Below are positions 1 through 9,147 of a DNA stretch of 64,000 nucleotides, piece after piece. Every line of letters starts with the position of its first letter. The stretch's first letter is position 1. A model generated the notes under the pieces. The model searched no databases, was not told the origin of the DNA, and saw only the letters and a program-made list of their open reading frames with translations. Location: positions 15,507 to 79,506 of IMG/VR virus record IMGVR_UViG_3300007960_000015. One strand, written 5' to 3'. This DNA is from a virus. A program made the position numbers and the translations under genes.

Positions 1-1557
1 TCATCAGGTTTTGGTACCCTAGTTGCTAACCAAGCACTTGTAGTTGATTCAAATAAGAAAATTGATGTTATTAATGTTGATAATATTACCCTTGATGGTA
101 ATACTATTTCAACAACAAATACTAATGGTGATTTAACTATTAGTCCTAACGGTACTGGTTCTGTTGGTATTCAAGCCAGCACAGATATCGTTGGTAATTT
201 AACAGTTTCGGGTACAGCATCCATAACTGGTCAATCATCTTTTACATCAATAAATGTTACAGATCTAACAGATGGTAGAGTACTATTAGCTGGTACTAAT
301 GGTGAATTAGAAGATTCTGGTAATTTAACATTTGATGGATCAACATTAACAGTAACTGGTATTATAGATGCTGATAATGTAAGAATTGATGGTAATACAA
401 TTTCAGCTATCAATACAAATGGTGGATTAACATTAACACCAGCAGGCTCAGGACTTGTTACAGTCGATACTGATCAAGCTATGGTTGTACCGTATGGTAC
501 TTTAGGTACTAGACCTTCAGCGGGAACAATTGGTGATGGTGCTATTCGATATAACACAACAGATAATAGATTTGAAGGATCAGTAAACGGTAATTGGACT
601 GGTTTAGGTGGTGTAGTTGATATTGATCAAGACACTTATATTACTGCTGAAGCTACTTCAGATGATGATACACTAACATTTGTTACTGCTGGCACTACAG
701 AAATGACAGTCGACTCTACAGGAGTTGATATTACAGATAGAGTTACTGTTCCTACAGCAAATATTACCACAGCTAATACTACTACTGAAAATGTTGGTAC
801 TATTAATGTATCCACTCAAATGCAAGTTAATGCTGATGCTAACTTCGCAGCTGGTATTGATGTTACTGCTGGTAATGTAGATATTGCAGATAACTTAAAC
901 GTCGATGGTAATACAATCATTGGTGGTAACCTAACAGTTAATGGTACTACAACTACAGTTAATTCGACAGTTACTGAATTATCAGATCCTGTAATTAAAG
1001 TTGGTGAAGGTTCTTTAGCTGCTGGTGATGCTAATGATCGTGGTGTTAGCTTTGATTGGGGCGATGGTACTGATGTTAAGACTGGTTTCTTCGGTATGGA
1101 TATCCAAACTGGAAGATTCTCTTTCAAGAAAGACGTTGATACTGGAGATGAAAACTATGTAGCTACTTGGAGTGATGCTCAGTTTGATAAGTTATTCCTA
1201 TCAGGTGATGCTTCAGTAGATGATAACTTAATATTAAGTGCTAATGATATTACTACAACTACTGGTGATTTAACAATTGCACCAGCTGGTGGTGATACTA
1301 ATGTTACTGGTACTTTATCAGTTTCTACTGACTTAACGGTTAATGGTGATGTAACATTTGCTAATGACGTTCCAGTAACATCTGGTGGTACTGGCATGAG
1401 TTCATTTACAGGTAATTCAATCTTTGTATCTAATAGTCAAGGCGATGCAATTGCATTTATTGCACCTCCAAGTACTGATCCTGAAGATTATATTATTAAA
1501 TTTAATTCAGCAGGTGTTCCAGTTGCTTCTAACACAATTGATGGAGGTACATTCTAG
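1..1557 (+). CDS. Tail fibre/baseplate-associated structural protein, 5'-truncated by the window
   Basis: Frame 1 is open from base 1 (SSGFGTLVANQALVVD...) through the annotated 481 start. G/T/D/N-rich beta repeats (NITLDGNTIS, GNLTVNGTTTTVNS), GAIRYNT..RFEG motif and C-terminal IDGGTF typical of marine T4-like fibres. Confidence 0.7.
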   Translation, partial: SSGFGTLVANQALVVDSNKKIDVINVDNITLDGNTISTTNTNGDLTISPNGTGSVGIQASTDIVGNLTVSGTASITGQSSFTSINVTDLTDGRVLLAGTNGELEDSGNLTFDGSTLTVTGIIDADNVRIDGNTISAINTNGGLTLTPAGSGLVTVDTDQAMVVPYGTLGTRPSAGTIGDGAIRYNTTDNRFEGSVNGNWTGLGGVVDIDQDTYITAEATSDDDTLTFVTAGTTEMTVDSTGVDITDRVTVPTANITTANTTTENVGTINVSTQMQVNADANFAAGIDVTAGNVDIADNLNVDGNTIIGGNLTVNGTTTTVNSTVTELSDPVIKVGEGSLAAGDANDRGVSFDWGDGTDVKTGFFGMDIQTGRFSFKKDVDTGDENYVATWSDAQFDKLFLSGDASVDDNLILSANDITTTTGDLTIAPAGGDTNVTGTLSVSTDLTVNGDVTFANDVPVTSGGTGMSSFTGNSIFVSNSQGDAIAFIAPPSTDPEDYIIKFNSAGVPVASNTIDGGTF

Positions 1558-1558
1558 A

Positions 1559-1566
1559 TATAAATA
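1559..1566 (+). promoter_or_regulatory. T4-type late promoter TATAAATA
   Basis: Exact consensus directly after a stop codon; gp55 is encoded in the window. Confidence 0.55.
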
Positions 1567-1582
1567 ATCTAGAAGTTAATTT

Positions 1583-1622
1583 AAAAGCCGAGATAAATTA
1601 ACTTTTGCCTCGGCTTTTTTTT
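1583..1622 (+). terminator. Rho-independent terminator
   Basis: AAAAGCCGAG...CTCGGCTTTT inverted repeat followed by a T tract. Confidence 0.7.
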
Positions 1623-1624
1623 AT

Positions 1625-1632
1625 TATAAATA
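1625..1632 (+). promoter_or_regulatory. T4-type late promoter TATAAATA
   Basis: Exact consensus, intergenic, ~33 nt upstream of ATG 1665. Confidence 0.75.
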
Positions 1633-1664
1633 AGAGTAATAAGGTAAATTTCTCATAGGAAAAG

Positions 1665-1934
1665 ATGGCAGGAACCGTTTTAAAAATTAAACAAACATCA
1701 GTAGCCGGTAGAGTCCCTACCCATAATACTGGTAATAACACTGATATCGAACAGGGTGAATTAGCCTTAAATACAGCAGACCAAAAATTATTTTCAAAAG
1801 ATGCTAATGGCAATATATTTACTATTGGTGATCCAGAAATTTCATTGACATCAGACGGTATAATAAGCAAATTAATGAATTTGGGCCACAGTGCTGATGA
1901 AGACGGGGCTACTATAACATTCGATTTAAATTAA
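1665..1934 (+). CDS. Small structural protein (fibre N-terminal-like module)
   Basis: LKIKQTSVAGRVP...GELALNTADQKLF motif common at N-termini of phage fibre proteins. Confidence 0.6.
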   Translation: MAGTVLKIKQTSVAGRVPTHNTGNNTDIEQGELALNTADQKLFSKDANGNIFTIGDPEISLTSDGIISKLMNLGHSADEDGATITFDLN

Positions 1935-1943
1935 AGGTAAACT

Positions 1944-4805
1944 ATGGCAATTAAAATTCAATTTCGTAGAGACACATCAGCAAATTGGAGTAGTAATAAT
2001 CCAATTCTAGCAGAGGCTGAATTAGGTTTTGATACTACTAAAAAACAATTTAAGGTTGGTGATGGTGTAACTGCATGGAATTCATTAGGTTGGTTAAAAA
2101 CCGAACAAGAAGACATAGAAGATATTATCGGTGCGATGACATCAGGAAATACCGAATCAGGTATTTCTGTTACATATGACGACGCAAATGGTGTTATTAA
2201 TTTTGATGTAAATGATCCTACATTAAGCATCTCGGGTGATGCTACCGGTTCTTCTACAATGACTAATTTGGGTAATACCGATATCGTTATTACACATGCT
2301 AATACAGGAGTTACCGCGGGATCTTATGGTTCAGCTTCTGAGGTTCCTATTATCGCAGTTGATTCTAAAGGTAGAATTACATCTGCATCTACAACAAGTG
2401 TTGCTGGTGTTACCGATTTCGATTATAATACTTCTACCGGTGAATTAGATATTGATACAGCCGATGGTGCTAATTTTGCTACTACGGTTACTTTAGATCC
2501 ATTTAGTACTGATGACCTAGTAGAGGGTTCTACTAATCAATATTATACTGATACTAGAGTTAGAAACGCTATATCTTTAACAGATAACGGTGGCGATGGA
2601 TCTTTCACATACAATTCAACAACGGGTGAATTAGCATATACAGGTCCGAGTTCTGCAGAAGTCAGGGCTCATTTAAGCGCAGGTACTGGTGTTAGTTACG
2701 CGGGCGGTCAGTTCTCTATTGGCCAGGCAGTAGCTACTACAGATTCACCAGAATTTGCTGATGTTACTATTAGCGGTGATTCAGTGGCTACACAAGCCTA
2801 TGTTAATACTGAAGTAACTAATTTAATTAATGGCGCGCCTGGTGTTTTAGATACGTTAGATGAATTAGCAGCTGCTATTAATGATGATGCTAACTTTGCA
2901 GCTACAATGACTAATAGCCTTGCATTAAAGGCTGATAAAGCAGTAACATTAACTGCTGGCACAGGATTAACAGGCGGTGGAGATTTATCTCAAAGTAGAA
3001 CATTTAATTTATCAAATACAACTGTTACCGCTGGAACTTATGGAGATGCATCAAATGTCGCGTCGTTTACTGTAAACGCACAAGGACGTATTACAGGCGC
3101 TTCTGATACAGCTTTAGTTACTACTAATATTACTGAAGGTACTAATCTTTATTATACTGATGCAAGAGTCCACGCTGCAGTAAGTGGTACTGGAGATCTT
3201 CAATACGATGCGGCTGGTAACTTTAGTTTCTCATTAAGTGATCACGATACAGACGATGTTGCAGAAGGTTCAACTAACCTTTATTATACAGATACAAGAG
3301 TTAAAAATGCTATTCAAGCTTCTACAGGTTTAACATATAATTCAACAAGTGGTGCTTTTTCTATAACAGATACAACAGTTACGGCAGGATCTTACGGTTC
3401 AGCATCAGAAGTTCCTGTTATTACAGTAAATGCTCAAGGACAATTAACAGCGGCTTCTACAGTTGCAGTAGCTGGTGTTACAGATTTTGATTATGATACC
3501 ACAACTGGTGTTTTAGATATTGATACTGCTGATGGCGGTAATTTTGCTGCTACTGTTACTTTAGATCCATTTAGTACGACTGATTTAGTAGAAGGTTCTA
3601 ATCTTTATTATACTGATACAAGAGCAAAAGCAGCTATTACAGTTTCTAATGCTGGTGGATTTGGTAACCTTAGTATAACGACGAGTGGACAAATAGATTA
3701 TCAAGGTATTACTACGGAAGAAGTACAAGATGTTGTTGGTGATATGATATCTACTAATACCGAATCAGGTATTTCTGTTACTTATGATGATACCAATGGT
3801 AAATTAGATTTTGATGTAAACGATCCTACAATTACTTTAACTGGTGATGTATCTGGTTCTGCTACTATGACAGATCTCGGAAATGTTTCAATTACTACAA
3901 CTGTTGCAGATGATTCACATGATCATACAATTGCTAATGTAGATGGTTTACAAGCAGCTTTAGATACTAAAGCCACTATTACTTATGTAGATAATGAAAT
4001 TACAACATTAATTGGTGGTGCACCAGGTACATTAGATACATTAAACGAATTAGCCGCGGCTATTAATGATGATGCTAATTATGCTTCTACATTAACTACC
4101 GCTTTAGCAACAAAAGCCGATAAATCAACTACATTAACTGCAGGTACTGGTTTAACAGGTGGTGGTGATTTATCAACAGATAGAACTATATCATTAGATA
4201 CTTCTGGTGTAACTGCTGCTTCATATGGTTCAGCAACGCAAGTTCCTGTTATAACTGTTGATACATATGGTAGAATTACATCTGCATCTACAACAAGTGT
4301 TGCGGGAGTATCATCTGTTAGTTATACAGGATCTACTGGAGAATTAACTATTAATACTTCTGATGGTTCAACTTATACAAATGATTTGGGAGTTGGTACT
4401 GGTGATTCACCTACATTTGCTGGATTAACCGCTAATGGTAATATTACTGTGACAGGTACAGTCGACGGTAGAGATGTAGCCACTGATGGTACTAAATTAG
4501 ATGGTATTGAAGCAGGAGCTACAGGAGATCAAACAGCAGCAGAAATATTAACAGCTCTTAAAACTGTCGATGGTGCGGGATCGGGATTAGATGCTGATAC
4601 ATTGGATGGAAAGCATGCTAGTAATTTTGCATCATATACAGAAGCTACTACAGCACCTAGTACTGGCGTGAATAATGGTGATATGTGGTATGATACAGCA
4701 ACTGAAGTTTTATCACAATATCAAGATGGTGTTTGGGTACAGATTTCTACACAAAGTGCTCCGGCAATTATAGTATATGATGTTGCGGGTACAATTGTTA
4801 ACTAA
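1944..4805 (+). CDS. Long tail fibre with Mtd-N/hyaluronidase-like N-terminus and internal repeats
   Basis: IQFRRDTSANW..NPILAEAELGFDT...KVGDGVTAWNSL N-terminus; repeated LDTL.ELAAAINDDAN, GSYGSA.EVP and NLYYTD.R modules; DADTLDG near the C-terminus. Confidence 0.8.
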   Translation: MAIKIQFRRDTSANWSSNNPILAEAELGFDTTKKQFKVGDGVTAWNSLGWLKTEQEDIEDIIGAMTSGNTESGISVTYDDANGVINFDVNDPTLSISGDATGSSTMTNLGNTDIVITHANTGVTAGSYGSASEVPIIAVDSKGRITSASTTSVAGVTDFDYNTSTGELDIDTADGANFATTVTLDPFSTDDLVEGSTNQYYTDTRVRNAISLTDNGGDGSFTYNSTTGELAYTGPSSAEVRAHLSAGTGVSYAGGQFSIGQAVATTDSPEFADVTISGDSVATQAYVNTEVTNLINGAPGVLDTLDELAAAINDDANFAATMTNSLALKADKAVTLTAGTGLTGGGDLSQSRTFNLSNTTVTAGTYGDASNVASFTVNAQGRITGASDTALVTTNITEGTNLYYTDARVHAAVSGTGDLQYDAAGNFSFSLSDHDTDDVAEGSTNLYYTDTRVKNAIQASTGLTYNSTSGAFSITDTTVTAGSYGSASEVPVITVNAQGQLTAASTVAVAGVTDFDYDTTTGVLDIDTADGGNFAATVTLDPFSTTDLVEGSNLYYTDTRAKAAITVSNAGGFGNLSITTSGQIDYQGITTEEVQDVVGDMISTNTESGISVTYDDTNGKLDFDVNDPTITLTGDVSGSATMTDLGNVSITTTVADDSHDHTIANVDGLQAALDTKATITYVDNEITTLIGGAPGTLDTLNELAAAINDDANYASTLTTALATKADKSTTLTAGTGLTGGGDLSTDRTISLDTSGVTAASYGSATQVPVITVDTYGRITSASTTSVAGVSSVSYTGSTGELTINTSDGSTYTNDLGVGTGDSPTFAGLTANGNITVTGTVDGRDVATDGTKLDGIEAGATGDQTAAEILTALKTVDGAGSGLDADTLDGKHASNFASYTEATTAPSTGVNNGDMWYDTATEVLSQYQDGVWVQISTQSAPAIIVYDVAGTIVN
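2148..4303 (+). repeat. Intragenic direct repeats in the fibre gene
   Basis: 26-nt identity at 2148-2173 and 3756-3781; 35-nt identity at 2370-2404 and 4269-4303. Confidence 0.8.
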
Positions 4806-4815
4806 GGAGAATTAA

Positions 4816-5664
4816 ATGGGTTGGTCAGGATTTAGAAGTGGAATGTCGGATGGTCAGATTAGAACCCATACCGACGGCCGTAAATGGCAATGGAGTTCCT
4901 CAAATGGAAGATGGAATGTAGTAAGGAACACGACGACCACACTTGGTAACACAGGCCCAATGCCTGATCACCAATGGAATGGATACGAACTTAGATTCGA
5001 GTCTGATACTGGTGTTTGGGGAAGTTATACCAATCTTCGTGGTGCCACTGGCCCCCAAGGACCTACATTTACAGGTGGAACAAATCAACAAGTTACGGAT
5101 GATGCTTATTTCCTTAGCGAAATATATTATAATAAATGGGCAAGAAATGATGGAACAGAAGGTTTATACTGGACCGCTCATGGCAATCATTTTCATGCTA
5201 TCAATTCACAAGACATCAGAGTAAGAACCGGCTCAGGTAACGGTGGATTACAATTTACTGTTTCTGATACTACTGCTAGAGGATATATACATGCTACTAC
5301 GTCTAATGAAATTGGATTCTTAAATTCAAGTAGAAGTTGGTCCTTTAGATGTGATAATTCAGGAAATGTTACTGCAACATCTAATGTTACAGCTTATTCT
5401 GATAAGCGTCTAAAAGATAATATAAATACTATTGAGAACGGACTTGAGAAAGTAGAAGCCTTACGAGGCGTAACTTATACAAGGAAAGATAATGGTGAAG
5501 CAGGTATTGGTGTTATCGCCCAAGAGATCCAAGAGGTTTTACCTGAGTTAGTAAAAGATAATGGTGAAGCGTTATCTGTAGCCTATGGTAATATTACGGG
5601 CGTACTTATTGAAGCTGTTAAGGAATTATCAGCACGTGTTAAAGAACTAGAAGATAATAAATAG
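4816..5664 (+). CDS. Tail fibre protein with C-terminal peptidase S74 intramolecular chaperone
   Basis: AYSDKRLKDNI...LRGVTY...GVIAQEIQEVLPELV...LIEAVKEL; AAGGAG RBS. Confidence 0.85.
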   Translation: MGWSGFRSGMSDGQIRTHTDGRKWQWSSSNGRWNVVRNTTTTLGNTGPMPDHQWNGYELRFESDTGVWGSYTNLRGATGPQGPTFTGGTNQQVTDDAYFLSEIYYNKWARNDGTEGLYWTAHGNHFHAINSQDIRVRTGSGNGGLQFTVSDTTARGYIHATTSNEIGFLNSSRSWSFRCDNSGNVTATSNVTAYSDKRLKDNINTIENGLEKVEALRGVTYTRKDNGEAGIGVIAQEIQEVLPELVKDNGEALSVAYGNITGVLIEAVKELSARVKELEDNK

Positions 5665-5673
5665 GAATAAAAT

Positions 5674-6018
5674 ATGGCAATTCAATCAACAAACCATACA
5701 ACGTCATCTGGAGTGGAGCTATCTAATGGCTATGCTGTAGTAATTAATGTAATGGTTAATAAAATCCTAAATGATGTGGAACAGGAAAATCCTGAAACAG
5801 GATTTACAGATACAATTCCCGCACATTATGGGATCACCTATTCTGCACAAATCTTTAAGGATGCTGCAGCTAGAGAAGCAGGATTAAATCCTGTTGAATC
5901 TATTGGTGATGCTCCAGGAGATTTATTTTTCACTACAGAAGATATGACTACAGATGTTATAGCGCAGTGTTATGCGCATCTAGCCGGTGTTTTAGAAACC
6001 GATAATACAGAGGTATAA
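5674..6018 (+). CDS. Hypothetical protein, fibre-associated
   Basis: ORF with AGGA RBS directly after the S74 fibre; acidic. Confidence 0.55.
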   Translation: MAIQSTNHTTSSGVELSNGYAVVINVMVNKILNDVEQENPETGFTDTIPAHYGITYSAQIFKDAAAREAGLNPVESIGDAPGDLFFTTEDMTTDVIAQCYAHLAGVLETDNTEV

Positions 6019-6020
6019 TT

Positions 6021-7112
6021 ATGAAATACTACTATCAGCATCCGGACGAAATACACGTCGAGGAAGGAAGTAAAGAAGAAGCAGAAAAAATGATTACAAA
6101 GATTCTGTCGAAAGAATTTAATGCTGCCGTAGTAGATCGAACAGGTAATATTAATACTTTTGTAGAGAATTTATATCCATTACCTGCCCCTGCGGACAGT
6201 CCTATTGATTTTAATCAGTTAATGGATGAAAGAGCAGAAGAAATCGTTGAATATGCAGCGGATAGAGGCAAAGAAATTCGTATGGAATGGAACGGTCTTA
6301 TGACACAAACAGCTGCTTTATTATCTATTATTCGCTATATCACAGATAAGGAAAACATGCCTAAACTTACAGTATTTATTGTGGGTAAGGCTGATACTAA
6401 ACGTCCTGACTTTTATAAGAAATGGATTGAAGATATTGATTTTGTGAATGTAGTACATGTTACTAAGCTGTCCAATAGACTTAATATGGGTAAACCTGGT
6501 AATTATATTACAGTAAATGATGCTGGAGGCCAGAACTTATTTGCTGTAGGATATATGACATTCGCAGATCATAAAACACCTTTCGTAGATGTTTGTGAAC
6601 CTGAATTTTATGAAATTATTAAACCCATTTTAGATGAGATGCCTCAAGATTGGAACAACGAAGATCCTCTTACAACAACATATACAAGTAGTGCTATGCA
6701 TTGGTTGAACTTTGTATTGAAATGGCAATGGGTGGCTGTAAAGAGATATATTAAAACACCTGATAATATAACATTCGATGATATTAAATGTTTCTATCAT
6801 ACAGATAAATTCCAGCAATGGTTTTATCAGGTACCTCCTTTAGCTAAACATGTTGATTTACAGAATAAGAAATCACATTGGCATTGTCGTCAATATATTT
6901 GGCAATTCCATGATGATGAATCTATGCAACAATGCCAGTATGTAACAGGTCGTTCGTACAGAAATATGGAGAGTCAACAACAAGAAACTAATCCTATTTT
7001 ACATAGAGGCAGATATTGTATTGCTATTGATGAGAATTGGGGTAAACACTGGAGGGATCGAGGAAATATTCAATTCGAAGTGGTTGAAGATGATGAGTCT
7101 TTAGCATCTTAA
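6021..7112 (+). CDS. Degenerate asparagine-synthetase-like (PP-loop) paralog
   Basis: Aligns by eye with 9148-10443 (HWLNFVLKWQWV vs HWMNFILKWQWC), but SGGIDS is replaced by WNGLMTQ and GxxGDxIFG by DAGGQNLFA. Confidence 0.55.
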   Translation: MKYYYQHPDEIHVEEGSKEEAEKMITKILSKEFNAAVVDRTGNINTFVENLYPLPAPADSPIDFNQLMDERAEEIVEYAADRGKEIRMEWNGLMTQTAALLSIIRYITDKENMPKLTVFIVGKADTKRPDFYKKWIEDIDFVNVVHVTKLSNRLNMGKPGNYITVNDAGGQNLFAVGYMTFADHKTPFVDVCEPEFYEIIKPILDEMPQDWNNEDPLTTTYTSSAMHWLNFVLKWQWVAVKRYIKTPDNITFDDIKCFYHTDKFQQWFYQVPPLAKHVDLQNKKSHWHCRQYIWQFHDDESMQQCQYVTGRSYRNMESQQQETNPILHRGRYCIAIDENWGKHWRDRGNIQFEVVEDDESLAS

Positions 7113-7125
7113 AGGAAAATATATA

Positions 7126-8559
7126 ATGTCATATCAACGTAAAGCAGATTTAGATTATCAAATAGATACGTATCAGGGTGGAGTACAAGAACTTCACCCT
7201 CGTATTACGATTCAAAATTTAATACGTCGTATTAAATTCTTAAAGACTAAACAAACAGATCAGGCTTTTTTGCATCCAACTAAAATCAAAATCATGGACG
7301 ATACTATTGCCATGATAAAAGAGCAAACAAATATTAGAGATGCTTATGCCATTTTTTTAAGGAGTTTTACCTGGCATCCTAACGCAACGAGTCCGGTTGA
7401 GATTTCTTTTGAGAAGGAATACAGAATGGTTTGCGGCGATGAAATGGTTGACACTTATTGTCCCGAAATATATGCGAGAAATAGAAATGATGATGAATTT
7501 AATGTAGCTGATATTATATTCGGAAGACCTTTAAATAGATTAAATCCTAAAGAAGGTAAGGAAGTATTATCTCCAATTCCTACAGTTACACCGGATACTC
7601 CTCGACAAACATTAGAAGAAATTTGTAATGACAGAGCACAAGAAATAGGAGCGATAGGAAAAGATGTTTATGTTCTTTGGTCTGGTGGTATTGATTCAAC
7701 ATTAGCATTACACTCATTAAATAATAATAATGTCTCATTCCATATTATTATGGATAATGATACTATCATGGAATATCCTGATTTAGCTGATCAAATTACA
7801 GGCGAAGAATGGCCTAATTGCGCTGGTATCGTATTTAATCCTAAGCCAGATAAATATAAAGAAATCTTAGATAACCCTGGGATTATTTTAATATCTGGGG
7901 GACAGGGTGATGAAATCTTTGGTGGTGAACCTAATTGTGCTGGAGAGTTAAAGAACGCTGACCAGCAATATGATTATTATGTGCCGAGTTATGCAATAGA
8001 GGGTACAGATCCATATATTAAACAACTTCTCTCACCTTTATATGGAGAAGATGTTCTTCAGGATATGACCGTTTGTGAATGGCGTTGGGCTATTAATTTC
8101 ATATACAGATATCAACAAATTCAAATCTCATCTGCGTATATGTTGGGTATGAATATGTTAAGGAAAGAAGGAAAGGCGGATGCTCTACATTTCTATGATA
8201 CTGATGCTTTCCAGATTTGGTCAATTCAAAACTATAGGTCATTATGCGGAGACGGTGAAGACAAACAAGTAGCCAAAGATTTAATATATAAGTATGATGG
8301 GAATGAGTGGTTCCATAAGGACAAAACTAAAGTTTGTTCTATGAAGAAAACCAGATATAGATCCGGAAGGGATTATATAGGTACTGGTGGTGCTGTCGGC
8401 ACTGATGTGGGAGTTCTTAGACAGGTAGGTCCTGGAGAATTAGCGCAAGGAACACATTCAAGTTATAGTGATTCGATACTTATAACAGGCGGAGACTATA
8501 CTAGATTATTAAAACCTGGTGTTTTAATTAATGCACTAGATAGAGCAGGAGACAATTAA
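7126..8559 (+). CDS. Asparagine-synthetase-like PP-loop ATP pyrophosphatase
   Basis: WSGGIDST and SGGQGDEIFGG motifs; no N-terminal Ntn glutaminase Cys. Confidence 0.65.
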   Translation: MSYQRKADLDYQIDTYQGGVQELHPRITIQNLIRRIKFLKTKQTDQAFLHPTKIKIMDDTIAMIKEQTNIRDAYAIFLRSFTWHPNATSPVEISFEKEYRMVCGDEMVDTYCPEIYARNRNDDEFNVADIIFGRPLNRLNPKEGKEVLSPIPTVTPDTPRQTLEEICNDRAQEIGAIGKDVYVLWSGGIDSTLALHSLNNNNVSFHIIMDNDTIMEYPDLADQITGEEWPNCAGIVFNPKPDKYKEILDNPGIILISGGQGDEIFGGEPNCAGELKNADQQYDYYVPSYAIEGTDPYIKQLLSPLYGEDVLQDMTVCEWRWAINFIYRYQQIQISSAYMLGMNMLRKEGKADALHFYDTDAFQIWSIQNYRSLCGDGEDKQVAKDLIYKYDGNEWFHKDKTKVCSMKKTRYRSGRDYIGTGGAVGTDVGVLRQVGPGELAQGTHSSYSDSILITGGDYTRLLKPGVLINALDRAGDN

Positions 8560-9128
8560 TGGCTACTTTACCTAATACTAATTTAACGTGGTCGGCTATT
8601 CAGGCTGAATATGGCGGATCAAATCCTATCAGTTTAAGTGAATATTACGGTATTGATAGTGGAATTCCTGGTTCTGGTTCAATTTCTGCTTCTCAATTTA
8701 GAGGTGCTACGCGTGACGTATATTTGAGTATTGGATCATATTCACGTTCACCTACTCCTCATAATCCATCAGGAAATAATGGTGATAAGTATTTCAGAAA
8801 CGTTTCTGTTTCACGTTCTCATACGGTCGGTAGTATTTCATTATCCCAACAAATGAGATTAGATAATCTACACATACGAGGTAATGGTTCAAATAACGTA
8901 GAGACTTATATTGATAAAATATATGTTGGTGGTACTTTAGTATGGGACGGAACACATTATGATGTGTCCACAAGTTCACCTGGTACTAACTTCGAGACTA
9001 ACCATGTGTTTAATTCTGGAAGCCATTCTATCAGAATTGATACTTGGGCACAACATGAAAGTACAGATTCGCTATATATTTCATCAATACGATTTGATTT
9101 TAGGCAGCCAGGTATTGACGGCGTTTAA
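8559..9128 (+). CDS. Putative adhesin/fibre-tip structural protein
   Basis: N-terminal IQAEYGGSNPISLSEYYG..SGSISASQFRG module typical of phage adhesin-like proteins; beta-rich C-terminus. Confidence 0.55.
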   Translation: MATLPNTNLTWSAIQAEYGGSNPISLSEYYGIDSGIPGSGSISASQFRGATRDVYLSIGSYSRSPTPHNPSGNNGDKYFRNVSVSRSHTVGSISLSQQMRLDNLHIRGNGSNNVETYIDKIYVGGTLVWDGTHYDVSTSSPGTNFETNHVFNSGSHSIRIDTWAQHESTDSLYISSIRFDFRQPGIDGV

Positions 9129-9147
9129 CTATGGAGTTTATTAAAAT

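Noticed and set aside
1944-2100. Mtd-like N-terminus suggesting a diversity-generating retroelement
   Set aside because: No reverse transcriptase and no TR/VR pair with adenine-specific mismatches seen in the window.
231-2230. Minus-strand and short alternative-frame ORFs in the track (231-413, 816-1127, 1179-1397, 1598-1870, 1958-2230 and similar ones throughout)
   Set aside because: They are shadows of well-supported genes, with no RBS or recognisable motifs.
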